Assembly (NCBI GenBank): GCA_976226885.1
Contig: OZ320314.1
Location: 48,918,001-48,982,000, forward strand
Source of the DNA: Iphione sp. A-MEVVRFRX5
Lineage: Eukaryota
DNA length: 64,000 bases
Direction: 5' to 3'
Shown here: positions 40,101 through 53,900 of the stretch, piece by piece
Position numbering within the stretch: position 1 is the first letter of the stretch
Layout: each line of letters opens with the position of its first letter
Program-made: the position numbers and the translations under genes
The notes under the pieces: generated by a model
The model's database searches: none
The model's input: only the letters and a program-made list of their open reading frames with translations
Told to the model about the DNA's origin: nothing

Positions 40101-43100
40101 AATCTTCGATCACCCACGCGGTGATCTTGATTTTACATTATTGCAGATAAATAAAATACAGGGACAAATATGACATTAAAAATTAGATTCCCGCCTTACT
40201 ACTCATGGTGGAGAGATATCCTGGAGAAAGGTCCCTAAATTATTCGAGAGTCATAGAGATTTGAAAGTCCTAATCATCAATATGTTGGTCACATATATGT
40301 TTAGAAGACAATTGCTTAACACCATGATAATAAAGGCATGGGAAAAAGTAAAGAAAAGTGAAGAGAAAAGCAAATTTATGAATGCCCTGGCCTTACACGG
40401 AAAGATCGAAAGCTATCAGTTACCGTCTTAAAAATCATCAAAAAAAGCGTCTGCATTTATAAACTTGGGTAGTTGCTGTGAAAGAATATGCGCTAACAAA
40501 ACCGCTTGAACTTTTATAAGGAATTCTCTGAAGTTATCCGAAAAACCTGTTTAGAAAATACAAAATATGCTTTATATGTAGTTATACAATAGACATCTGC
40601 TTTTAAAGATATCTCTAGAATACGTTATCGTTCATATAAAGATAGGAAAAAAGGAAGAAACAAAGTGCACAATGGACTGGAGTTTTTCAGTGATAGTGCG
40701 GTCAAATATGTCTATCTAAACATAAGAATATTCACTGCACGGACACAAGACTGATCACTATATGTGGGACAGGTAGCGGGGTATAGGTAAAGGAAGAGAG
40801 GGCTGTAATATAAAGTTAACTTCCCATAGTTTATCTAGCATGTGCTTCATTGATACTGTCAAACCATCAATACACATTGTCGAACATAAACTATCGATTT
40901 TGAATGTAAGGATAAAGTAATGATTTGCGCCAAAAACAATTTAAGTTAGAAGTATCTGACAAAAAAACGCGAGTCAACAGACAACAAATCATACTCATGT
41001 TCCAATAATTAGCAAAGGTAAATTCAAATAATATGACAAAAACATAGACAAGAAGCAGAACTAAATTTTGAGCGTAAGGTTTCACCTTGCAAATTTCAAA
41101 TGTTCGAAGCAACGTACAGATACGCCGCACCATTTCTTTGTGATAGATCTTTGTCGCAGATGGTGCGAAATCTCTCTGGTCTCTTAATGGTAAAGTGTTG
41201 AGCGCACTTAACTGTTTCTAGTCTATGTACCTTGGTAGGAACTGTAGAGGGAGGATTGCTGAAATCTGTCATCTAAAATTTAGCCGCCTACAAAAAAATT
41301 CCTTAATACTCTATCTCCACAAATAAGAGAGGTAATGACTACAGAAAGGTAGGGAAGTGCTGAGATGATAGGTTACGGCGGAATTCGCCGTCTCTTTCTT
41401 TTCTTTCCATGGCCTTATGATAATGTAATGACCTTAAGACTACAGCGACACATCTTGGGCCCTGTGAAGTACTACCTAAAAGCGACTGAATATCAATATT
41501 AAATCGAAGATACGGGGGGGGGGTAACTGATAATAAATAAATAAAGATCCCATGGTCTAGCCTCTCGTGGTCTTAGCTAGGAGATGTTCATATGCCTAGG
41601 TCTGTGTCGGCATTATTATGTGATGTGTCAGTACGTAAGTCTCAGTAAATGCAAGCATGCATCGCCTAGCAACGGTGTTTTCAAAAGGGAAGGGGGTCAG
41701 AGTTACCACAAATATACCCACACTTTATTCGACCTGCATTGGTTGTAGGAGAAAAAAACCGTAACAATTTTACTTCGAACAGCAACAAGTAGAACTTGCT
41801 TGGTAAAATAATACTTCATCCCGAACCAATTAGGAAAATAATCCAATAGTTAATACTCTGCGGCGACTTCAATGAATCAAAAACACTGCAACTTACAATA
41901 CTGAATATAACAAAGATTAGAGGTCAAACAATAAGTACATAGTCATAAAAGTTCGATATATTTGTTTTGTAGTATTTTGAGTTCTGACTTTGGATGCGAC
42001 TTGATGAATTAAATAACAACATATACAACCTAGCCTATGACGCGAGTAAGATTGTGCTAATAATTCGTTAATCTTAAAAGTGAATTCTTATTGAACATTA
42101 TCATGAGTAATGGGAGTGTTCTTAAAGAGCTAATGGTTATTAAGCGGGGTTTTAGGAGACAGCCAGGTATGCTATACTGGGATGTGGAGCCAAGGATAGA
42201 AAACAGCTAGAGTTGAATGGAATTGGTGGTAGAGACATTGAATATATAGACACCATCAACAGGGTACAGCAATAACCGCTTTCCATGAATGCAAAGGTGT
42301 CAAATAGCTAGGAGGAGTCGATGCTTATATGGATGGAACAAGGACCTTATGACGTGAGCGATAATACAAAGGTTTGTCAATAGAACGGCTATAGGTCTGC
42401 TCAGAGTGAGGATTGAAGTGTGGTTCGTGATACAGGCGGCACTGACATTTCACCAAATGTTTCCTGTTAAGTATTACATCCCAACAGAGGAATTGCTTTT
42501 CACTTCAGGCCGGCTTAAACTACAAATTACTTCGAAGACAAGATTTGACTTTTCGACCGAAGACAACACAGAAACAACGTTTACAGACTTATTTTCCTAA
42601 AGGAGAACCGCCAACAGGGTTTAGTTTGCACTGTGGTTACACTAGGGTTATGTTATTAGTCTATTTAATGTGGGCACGGGACTACATGCTGACTGTCATG
42701 AAATAATCCAACTGGTATGTACAAAACAAAACAAAACAAGTCTTCTTGCACTTCTATGTAAATACCCACATTTTATGCGAGCTGGATCGGTCAAATGAGA
42801 ACAAGGAAAAGGCAGAGGAAGAAAGAAACGGAATACAACATTAGACTGAAATTGATTTGTTTTCTGAAACGTTCCCTGTCAATAGCATAACACCCTTTTG
42901 GAGATGCCGGGTGAGGTTAGTCGCATGGGCAAGGCAGAGCATATTTCATGCCCGAATGGTTCAGAATCATAAGGTCCCGTCCTCACAAGCTGGTGAATGC
43001 CGCGACATTCCCATCTTCAACATTCAAACAATACTCATTCTTTTAGTTTATGCGAAGGAAGAGAATTGAAAAAAGAAACTTCATACTTATAGAAAGGTAT

Positions 43101-46100
43101 ATTTAGACACTCCGTGTGTAAAGTGAATATTACCTTTGGCTTTAATAAAGAAAGTGTAGAAGTCATTGTTTTGAAATGTATGACAAAGAACCGGAATTAT
43201 GAGGATCTCACAAAATAGTTTAGGTCATTGGCAGATGATAATACATGAATCATCTTGATTAACCTAATTCCTCATATAAATGTAATTTGGTATTTGGTTA
43301 ATAGACCCATATTCCATAGTAAATCTCATCGTCAGGTGTTCTGTGCAATTAAAATGATATAACATTTGATTTAACTGTGATTATAACACGAACATCTTTC
43401 AGGTAATGGCATCTTCGACATTTACTAATAACGATTAGTAGACAAGTCTATCTCTTCGCTTTCGATGCCGAATGTTGTGCTATGGGCTCTTATAACTTAG
43501 GTTATCTTCGGAAAATGTTATCAAAATATGCTTTTGCTCACCTTCGATGATTTTCATTTTTTCCTCGTCTGTTGTTCGTTCCTCGTTTAAAATCACCTCC
43601 TCTGCAAAACAATCAACATAATACAGTTAGCAGAAAGCACAAAGATAGAAAGTAAGAAAGACACAAACCAGGCGCATATGATGAAAGGAGGATGATAAAT
43701 CTCTAAAACAATGTATCGAATTTTCTTACGTCTTTACTTTACTCACCTGCTTTGCATATCCATTCTAAATACCCGTTTAATTCTCGGTCTATTTGTTGCT
43801 GTTTTCGCAATTTAAGGAAAGCTCTTCGGTTCTCTACTCTTTCTCTTTCTTTAGCAAATTCTCTGCAAAATAAAGTCGTTAACATTTGTTGAGCCATGTT
43901 ACATCGCCTTCCGTTGCAAGACGTTGAACATAGGCCTTGCTGATTGCGTGTTATCACTTTTGCGCAAACAGTCCTACTAAAATAATGGCTCTCTCAACCG
44001 TTACAGTAGGTAGTAGACAAAGCAACTAAAATAAGAAATAGAGCATGGCTTATAAACGGAATTTGCTCGTCCCCTGTTCAATCTTGGCTCGAAAATCTCT
44101 GTGTGTGCTGCCATGAGACGAGGCCCACCTGAGGCACAGTCGTGTAACAAACACAACCCAGAACTATTGCAGTACGGTTAAATTGGTCTTTATTGTGTTT
44201 ACTCTTGTACAGTAGCACATGTTTGTAGTCGACAGAAGAAAGAAGTTGGCGTTAATGATTTTATAGCAAGATACATTTGATTTCAGTTACACTTAGACCT
44301 GCCATATATGGCAGCTGTACCTACCATACGCTTATACATTAATTATCGCATCTATTACACTTTACAGTATACGACCTTTCTATACCCTGAACATTATTAG
44401 CGTAATAATTAGCTTAATAATGTCTTAAATACTATAACTGTGGTACAGTTGCTTCACTACTCATATAGTGTTCATAATCATATGTTTATTTTGTTTCATT
44501 TGGATATCTATACATACAATTTAGACCATCCGTGGAGATACTATTTCACGTTGAAATGACATTTAGCACTTGATACAACTGAGTGACGTATTGGGAAATA
44601 TCCTACTACCAGCGGCTTGTTAACTGCATTTAATATCTCATCAGTCAGGTGTGACAGAGTATTATTTAGATTCTATACTGCTCCCCTAGCAATAGTTGCT
44701 TCCCTTTTACAGGACCATTTGGTCTGCTAAAGCATTCTAGATTGGCTTTCTCACTACAAGCACTTTTGTGTATCCATACAATTGTATAGCTCTTTTCCAA
44801 TGTAGCAGAAATATCGATTTCCTACAGAAGCACAAGAGAAGAATTTAAATTGATTTGACAGTGGTGGAAATGCACTGCTCAGACTCATAGCAGGTTAACA
44901 GTTTGATAGAAAAATGTATATAAAATAGAATTCGTATACATGAACTTCCTCTAACTGAGATAGCAATTCTATCAGTAGATAAGTCTGACAAACGCAGGTA
45001 TAAAATAATCTTCGCTCCGATTCTTGAACACTCTGGACAGTGTGGCCACAGCTGTGCTTCTCCATACATTTCGCGACAGATCAAAGACCGCGTGACCATA
45101 TTATGTCAATGCCTAGTGTTATAAAATACAATGGTACAGTGCTATATTTTCCTAGGCAATCCCGACTTTCATTCCGACTATATTACTAATTTCAGTTATA
45201 CCCGCCTCGCAGATGGGCGGGCGGAGGACGGCGGAGGGGTGCGCTTCACACACTAGAAAAGACCATCGCTTTCCGCGACAGCGGTTGCGTCAGTTAGGTT
45301 TTCCATAGTCCAATCCCTCTGGCTTAAAGCAATAACAATCCGTGCATTGAAGAGAGATGGCCAGCGGCTGGCGCATCCTTAAACAGCATGCTGTAAACAC
45401 AGACATCAATCAACGTACTCGCCGCCACCGCCGCCGCCTCCTCCAGCACTAGCATCGACCACCAGCACCACCGCTGCCACCACCGCCACCGCCCCTGCCG
45501 GCCAGCGAGCGAGCGCTATTTATCTCTCCACTGTGACGTCACAGAGCAGCATCCAGCTCCTCCGCACCGCTGCTAGCATGAGCTCATCTACAGCTAGCTC
45601 AGCCGCTGTTTAGAGACGGTCAAAATGTTGCTCGCTGTTTCCTCAGCCTGAGATTATGACAAATAATACACGGTGTTACTGGGTACTCTATACTGCTCTA
45701 AGCGTTGCCGGTTGAGTCTCTAAACTGTTACCAGGTATGTTCGGAGAGTGGTTCACCCTCCCTCTGCCTCTCCACAAAGGTTAACAATACCGTCAAAGGA
45801 ACTGTAGACCGTAGCATCAGCTGTGGCGGCATAGATGTCGGAAGCCTCGGGCGGGGAGGACATAGAGAGGCGGAGAGAGGCTTGGGTAAAAAGACAGTAG
45901 ACGGCAAGTCTGCAAGACGTAGATGGCCGGGTGCGGGGAAAATATCGGTAAGGCCGCCAAGGCCTTGTCACGAGATGAAAGCGGATAAATGTGCTCTTCT
46001 CTCTTCTCCCAACGTCTCAGTCTGTCTGTCTGTCTGTCTCTGTCTGTCTCTCTGTCTCTAAACTGACTCCCGTCTGAATGTTCTAACAGCTACAGGCCTC

Positions 46101-47922
46101 TGTTTTTCTACAAAGCAAAGGTGGTCATTCGTTGGCTATTTAAACATTTTGGCTTTAACATGTAGATCTGTGTTAAAAAAAGTATTTTGAAGACAACTAC
46201 CGTCTTGACTACTACCACACTGACTACATGTAACAATTCGTATACTTCAACAAAAATGTGTCAATATGTACATTATTGTTGACAGACACTAGCTAGCAAA
46301 CCCAGAGACGATAAAAATAAAAATGTTACCATTGTGTATGCCGCATATGACTGAACCTCAGTGTTACTGAACATTATGACGACAACATAGGTTTTCTGTA
46401 CATGAGTAGTTCCCCAAGGAAACTGGCCGGCTACTGTGTTCTTCATCTGACCTAAATCCTGTTCTTTACCGCTTTCATGTCAAAAGGTTCAGGACAACAT
46501 ATTTTACCGTTTTATATAGATTGGTATTATAATAACTTCTGCTCTACTAGGTTATATGGAGCCATCTCCATTGTTTATAGGCATGGACCTCTTCTTTCAG
46601 TGAAAATTATAGTTGGTTTTCCATGAAAGAGATTCCTAAGAATGTCTTAAACTTAGGGAAGAGATTTAACTTCATCAACTTGAACAATGTCACAAACGAA
46701 AATTTTTGAACCTGACATACACATGCTTGGAAAATACTTAGGAAGTGCCTGGGGACTGACAGGTGGAGCCAGTTGGTACAGAACGGCTGATCCACGTCCT
46801 TTCGAGAAATGAACCCCTTCACGCCAGTTCTTTTTATGTGACACTTCTTGTTTATGTAGAAATAAGGTGTCATACTCGCCTGGGAAACCTGATCATTTTT
46901 CTATACTACTAGTGCGGCTGACACACCTTAACACAGGGCGTTTCTGTTAACTGTCAGACTTATATATTTATGGCTTGTGTACCGCAAATCGAGAGCGACA
47001 GTTCTGGGCAGGGCTCAAGGCCAGCGACATTTTTCTAGCTATCGTAGTAATAGATGGTATTTATGAACACCGTTAGGTATCTCGTTTGACGAGTTTGTGG
47101 TATTTCACGCAAACCTGCAAGGAATACGGTGAGATGAGAAAGCTAGCTCAGACTGGCTCTGCAGTATACAGCACGAAGTCAATTCTTCTTGTTGAAACCT
47201 TTCATGGTTCCAGATCAAGAGGAAAATAATAGAATATTCATTTGGATCTACAGATACAGGAATAAAGGTTGGTCAATACACTGATCAAGAGATTTCGGCA
47301 AACATCCTTAAAGTAAATACCAGATCACCCAACTTTTCATATTATTATTTGTCTATTCATGAATGTTGTAATGTGTTTAAACCATTTATCCGCAACTTAA
47401 ATTATCAGCAAAACAGTAATTTCAAGCTGAGATGAGAGAGATGTACGAGATGCGCCAACCCCATATCAACGAATAGTAGAAATAAGTAATCTCAGTTGGC
47501 TGCAATTAATACCTCCGGTAGGTAGTGAAACGTTCGCATCAGAGAGTGGAGACCTGGGCCTGTATGATTAAATACGTATAGCATGCACGTGTTAATTGAG
47601 TGAAGTAACCGTCGGCTTGTCCTTGGTCCTTTACAAGGCATAATGCATTATTTCTAGCAGTCGACACACGAGGAAGGCCTGGAAAGCGAGGGAATGATGG
47701 GGACCATGAGGGAGAGAGAGACAGAGAGACAGACAGAGAGATTAACAGAACCGTTTTACACTCCACCATCGTGTAAAAGAGGCCTCTTTCTCCTGGTTAC
47801 ACGTGATTAGTACAACCACTAGCATTCCATCTGCGGGGGTGTCTGCCCGCCGAGCAACTGTGACGTCAGCATTATTCAAACCTTATCGACAGTCTCGGCC
47901 GGTTCAAGAGGGTCGAAGCAGC

Positions 47923-47967
<45 letters not shown>

Positions 47968-50900
47968 GAGAAAGAGAGGATGAATCACGTGATGGTGTCC
48001 AGTTTCAACCACTTATGACGTCACGGGGTCGTTGTACGGAATTTGTCAAAGGCCATTTCTCATCCGACCGAAGTGTATTGGTGTATCGGTCTTAGTCATC
48101 ATATATTTTAAACTGAGCATATGAGCTAATCTTACCATAATCATTTTTGAGAACCCAAACATTTGCAGAACAAACCGTAAAACCTCACTATCACAGTACT
48201 GCCTGGTACAAGATGATCACGTTTGTAATAGTGAGGGTACTGGAGCATTAAGTAGTGTCCTCCTTAACCATGTACGTTTGCTCAGAATAACGAGGGTCCT
48301 CAAATAAGGATCAGGTGTGAGACAGAATCAAGTCTATATATTCATGTTAGTATTAGGGACATCCCACTCTACAGACAGTTTATGGCCAGTCCCTTTGCTG
48401 TTCGTATTAGAAAGGCCTGACTTTATATATACATATATATATACTGAAACTTTTACTAGAAGTATGAGGCCCTTGGTGGAGTCTCATAATTCCCAGGTGC
48501 ACGGTAAACCAGCAATTGTTGTCAATGCGTGGGAAATAACCTTTACGTTTGGCTACTGCCCTCTCTTCCAACAGCATGCCCACCTGCAGGAAACAGCCAA
48601 GAAACTGCAGTCCTGAAAATGCCTTGGCACGCTGCCATACTCTGATAATAGCACTGAGCTGACCCCTCTAATCAATATTAACCAATCAGGACCCATCAGT
48701 ATTTGCTCGCCAGGTGGCAGCACACAGACAAACATGGCGGAGCCCAGTGTGTTGACGGCTCCAGATGAAATGGTTTTGCCTCAGTTCCGGTTAACAGAAT
48801 GAGATTAACGCTCCATGCTCTATTTCACTCATTTTTGACACTTGCGAAGTGCAAGGTATTGATTAGCTGAGGACACTTGAATACTGACGCCCACTAAAAT
48901 ACAATTATTGATGAAACTGTAGTAAATGTTACCCACTTTGTGAGCACAAACTTATGTAGTGAGGAACCATTATGAGATAGACTGCTTTACTAGATTACAG
49001 CTGGAGGCCACTACTTGTCAGACTGCTTCATCAAATTTTCAGTGGTAAGTGATAGTTATGCGTGTTTGTTTGAAGAGAAATATGACTGATTCGTGGTACT
49101 TACCCACTAAGAACTCCTAGAACTAAGTTGAGCATAAAAAAGGATCCCAGAATTATGAGGGGAAAAAAATATATCCAGTTAAAATTGCTGCCGAGTGCAT
49201 CATTGGTCTGAAATGAAATAGAAAAAGCTGGAATTATTCACCTCGCACAGGACACAATAGTAAAAAGCTCATATTATCCATAAAATAGCAAGAATTAAAT
49301 AAACTATCAATCAGAATTATAAACTATGATAAAAAAGCAAACTTCACGGCTGTGATTATTTGAAATATGGTCAATAAACATATTATTACACACATATAGC
49401 CAAATGCCACATTCTGGACAACCATACTGTGGATATGAGTATGCTGGCCACCTTCATTACAGAACCAAATTATTTGACCTTATAGTAATATCATTCAATG
49501 ATTTGGGCATCACCACCCTGTAGACAGCTTATGCTCAGAATCCAGCCCTGTCCTTAATGTGGTGTTTTTGAATACACAATCACTTACATGATATAAAAAT
49601 AGCTACAGAACACCTGATTTCAAATGGGACATTCGTGACATGATAAATATGGACGATCACTCACATAATATAACACGGTGGTCCAGCCCTCCATTGTGAT
49701 GCATTGGAATACAGTCAACATAGCATAGCCGATATTGTCGAAGCTTGTAATGCCGTAGTTGGGCCCTTCCCAGTACAACTGACACTCGGACTGGTTAGGG
49801 CATTGGAATCCCCCTGGAGCACGCTCCTTCACTAACGCGCACGGAGTAACCTCTTGTTCCCCTGCCGCATCTAGCTCACCTGAAAAGTAAGCGCCGCTTA
49901 CCTTTATGTAACAGAGCGTCAACGGATGTAATAATCCACATATGAAGTCAACTGATTGACATACATACGGTAGCCCACTCTGGGAAACTAGTTTTAAAAA
50001 TATAGCGGAGTAATACGGCTCATCCACAACGTAAGCCCCGTCTTCTGTATGAAACAGCATGATGGGCGTGTGGGTGTATGCCTCAGTGGGTCTACCTCAT
50101 CTCCCCCCAAAATAAGATATCCTTTTCTATATCTGAGATTTTTGTTACATTATCGCAGTCCTTTCTATCCTAAGTATGTCCAAGGAGAAGTAAGCTGCAG
50201 TACCTAATATATCACACCTACTGACTTCTTTAAAGACCTAAACTTGTTGGGCACCCACTGTAGGTAACAGTGTTGTACAGTTGACACAGTGTTAAGACCA
50301 AATCGCAGGATAGACCAACTAAGAGGAGAGGCCAAAATCCTCCAGTCTCAAACTGTTTGTTAATATTATTAATTACCTGCCAAGGGAGACAAACTCTGTC
50401 AGAGACTAAAATCATACAGTCCCTAGGTTGGTCTCCTATGTAAGTTGGAGCTGTATAAGCAAAAATCAATGTCTAGTGACATGTTACCTGTTTGTCTGTT
50501 TCTGCAGGCTGCATGAAAAGCACCATTGTAGAACTCTAAGCCGATAATGGCGAATATGACGATGGCGAAGAGCACGAGGAGGCCTATTTGTAGTAAGGGC
50601 GCCATCGCCCGTATGATTGACTTGAGCACAACCTGTAAGCCTGCAAGGAAACATCTCGCCGTCAGGGGCGAGTTGCTGTCGAGCAACTCACCCTGAGCTC
50701 CGCTAAAAAGGCTGAGACAGTTTGGAGGTCAAAAGGTCATAGAAGGAAAGGGAAGGTAACTTCTGACTACGATGAGTGATTCTAACCTTTTAATTTTAAG
50801 GCGCTTTCAGAAATATGCCACTCTAAGGTTAATGGAAATTTTCACGCGACAATTTTTTAAATGTTGAAGGGTATAGGACTGTCATTTGAATAGTTGAAAA

Positions 50901-53900
50901 AATTCCAGTAAACACTTCTCAGAATGGACGCCATGTATGCTTTTTCAATTTAAGTGAAGCACGTTTAGAACGTAACTTTGGCAAAGTTACTCCAACATTT
51001 TTTTTCCCACATGAAATCTCCCTTCCTTGATACATGCGTATGTACTAATATTAGAATACACATGTATAATTTGGAAACTATCAGCAGCTATTTATCTCAC
51101 AAATTAATGTGAAGTAAAAAAGAGAATCGAAACCACGCATCTAATGCAAACGGAAACTTTAAGTAGTTATATCAATACATCCAAGAACAAACGCTTACGT
51201 CTCATGCTTTATAATTGTAGAGAAAATCTTTTGTCATCAAATATTATTCGAAAAAGAAGATAGTAAAGCATGCGTTCTTAAACTGATTGAAGCACGTGGC
51301 AATCCACTCATGGGATTTTCGTTTGTAAATGCTACTCATGTAAACATTATTATCAATATTCCACATGCATTTAGTTTTCATTTACTTTGTTTTGCAGAAC
51401 GTATATCATCTTTAAGGTACTTATCTGAACATGGCAAAGACACTGGTTTATTAAAATTACCAATTCTATACACAGGAACAGTTAGCAGATAATTTATCCA
51501 TTAGTAGTATTTCTTTGTTGGAAGAAAAGACTAATAAATGTATAATTTCAAATGTCCTCTGAAAATAACATGCTTTAAAACATTCAAAACAAATTCATTG
51601 CATTAAGTATGAAAAAGATCATATATATAACACAATATTGGTTAGGAGAATAAACATTTAGTAAAACCATGATTCCGGAAAGGAGGTTGAAATATAAGCT
51701 CTTTTATAGACATTTTCATCAGGAGAGGAAAAAGGCGTCAGAACACATTTAGTAACGCACATCGTGGTGCACCGAGTACACAGAATAATCCCTATAATCA
51801 TTATGGTAACCAGTTTGATCAGAAAACAGTACGATTAATCCTTAATGTCAAGCAGTAGAAGGAAGTTGAAGGTTTCACGATACAGGTTTTAGTCGCACAC
51901 TCATGCTCTGATGTGAGTAGACAAGTGCTTACCAGTTGATGCATGCATGCAAGGTACCCTGCCTTTTTCTTAGTAGTCCTCATGCAAGTAGCTAGTTAAG
52001 GAGTAATTCATTAGACGGTTAACTGGTCACAAAAGTACATTCAGTACCATTGTCAGCTATGGTGTCCCTGGCCTACGCCTCTGCACCTAGTAGTGCGCTG
52101 TGCAGAAAGCACTGTCTTTGCTATTCAAAGGGTCAGTGAAGAACGTTGAGAAGGTGGATCTAGCATTAATGGAGTCGCCCACGTTTAAGGCGAGGTGGGA
52201 AGGGATGATGTTCTTCGAAGGCGTGCCCTTACATTTGGGAGGTGGCTTTGGTCATTGGGAGAAGAGGAGGAGGGAAACAGACAGGGCAGGTGTGACATCA
52301 CGACACACGGGAGTTAAATTGGGCTAGGTGTGGAAAGGATTAGCAGTTACACAGAACAAAAGATGAAAACAGAATTTGCAAAAGAAACATGAAAACACCC
52401 CCTTCCTTTATAATCACCTATCGTTCTTGAGATTTTGCTATAGGTTTACTACTAAAACGAAAACGCCATCATATGCATCCTTTCAGCGTAGAATTACAGT
52501 GGATGTTTACTTCTAAATTTTACGTCAACTTTACAGAGACGCGGGCCATGCCAGATGCTAACCTGTCCCCTACATGTCTCTTAAAATCTATATAGCTGTC
52601 TGCCAAGGCCCGTCAGGAACTTAGCTATGTCTACTCTATACCTTCTAATGCGATCATTGGAAGGGCCAGCTAATTCTTCCCTTAATGGAGAGTAACCTTT
52701 GATAGACAGTTGCTTTTCTTCCATATCATATACTATTAAGATATTGTCCTCATTTCTGGGCTGCCCTCGCAACTGGGTTGTCCTTGGGGTGAATTGCTAC
52801 TGTGCTTCGTGATTCACATGGAAAAATGATCCGACTACTTAATTTAGCCCTCAAAGCCGGTTATACCCTCGCAGACTCGACGATTTAATTAACAGAACGG
52901 GCGTGGCTTGTCCGATAATGACCCCACTGATCTGCCTGGTGACTAATGGCTCCAGCAGGTGTGGGAACATACTGGGGAACTATTTAATGAAGAGACCTCC
53001 ACTCTCCACAACATGGATCATCCTCCAAAACTACATATAGCAGTGGATGAGGTTGCATTAGAACGTCTACCCGTACTAGCTTCCTTGTCTGTCTGTCGGT
53101 CCGTCTGAACGTATCTATTAGTCTCACTGTCTCCGCTCTTCTATTTCGATGCCTGTCTGTCCTATGGGCTGTTAGTCTCTCTTTCCTATTATCCATCTGT
53201 CCATTTGCAACTTTCCTCTGTACTACTTAGTTCCACCCATCCATCTCTAAGGCCCAATTTCCATATATCTGGACTTTGTATCGGCGCCACAGATAATTAT
53301 GTGTATTAAGAAAAAAAGACACGATGACTTTCTACATGATTGTTTCCATGTATCTGCACCTGTGGTCTGTGGTCCATGGTTTTTGGTCCGGAGATGGAAA
53401 ACAGACAATGTTTGTTTTTTCCTCACCATGGACACACACAGATGAGTAGGCTCAAGAAATGGATGTCTTAAGAAGGAAAAACATTGTATAACATATCTTA
53501 GATAATATGAATTATTTTATAATTTGCATATCATTTGCATAAAAAACACGATTTCCATTGATATGCCTCAATCTCCATAAAAAAATGCACAAACTTTCTC
53601 CTTCTTTGTTTCTCTGCACCACGGATGAGCAGGGACATGTAAATTTCTCTCTCCCTCTCTTTCTCCCTCCCTCCCTCCCTCTCTCTCTCACCCTTGTACA
53701 TGGAAATTGGGTGTCCATGCTTGTCGTAAAAAATGCTGGTTTTCCGCACTGTCAGAGACTACAGAAAAAAACCCACACATTTGAAAACTAGGCCTTAATT
53801 CTTTTCTTTCTCAATCTCATCGTTTTCACCATGCATTTCTTACCATTGCCTCTTGGCCCTTCAGTCCTACCATGGTTAACTTGTATCTACGTACAAAACA

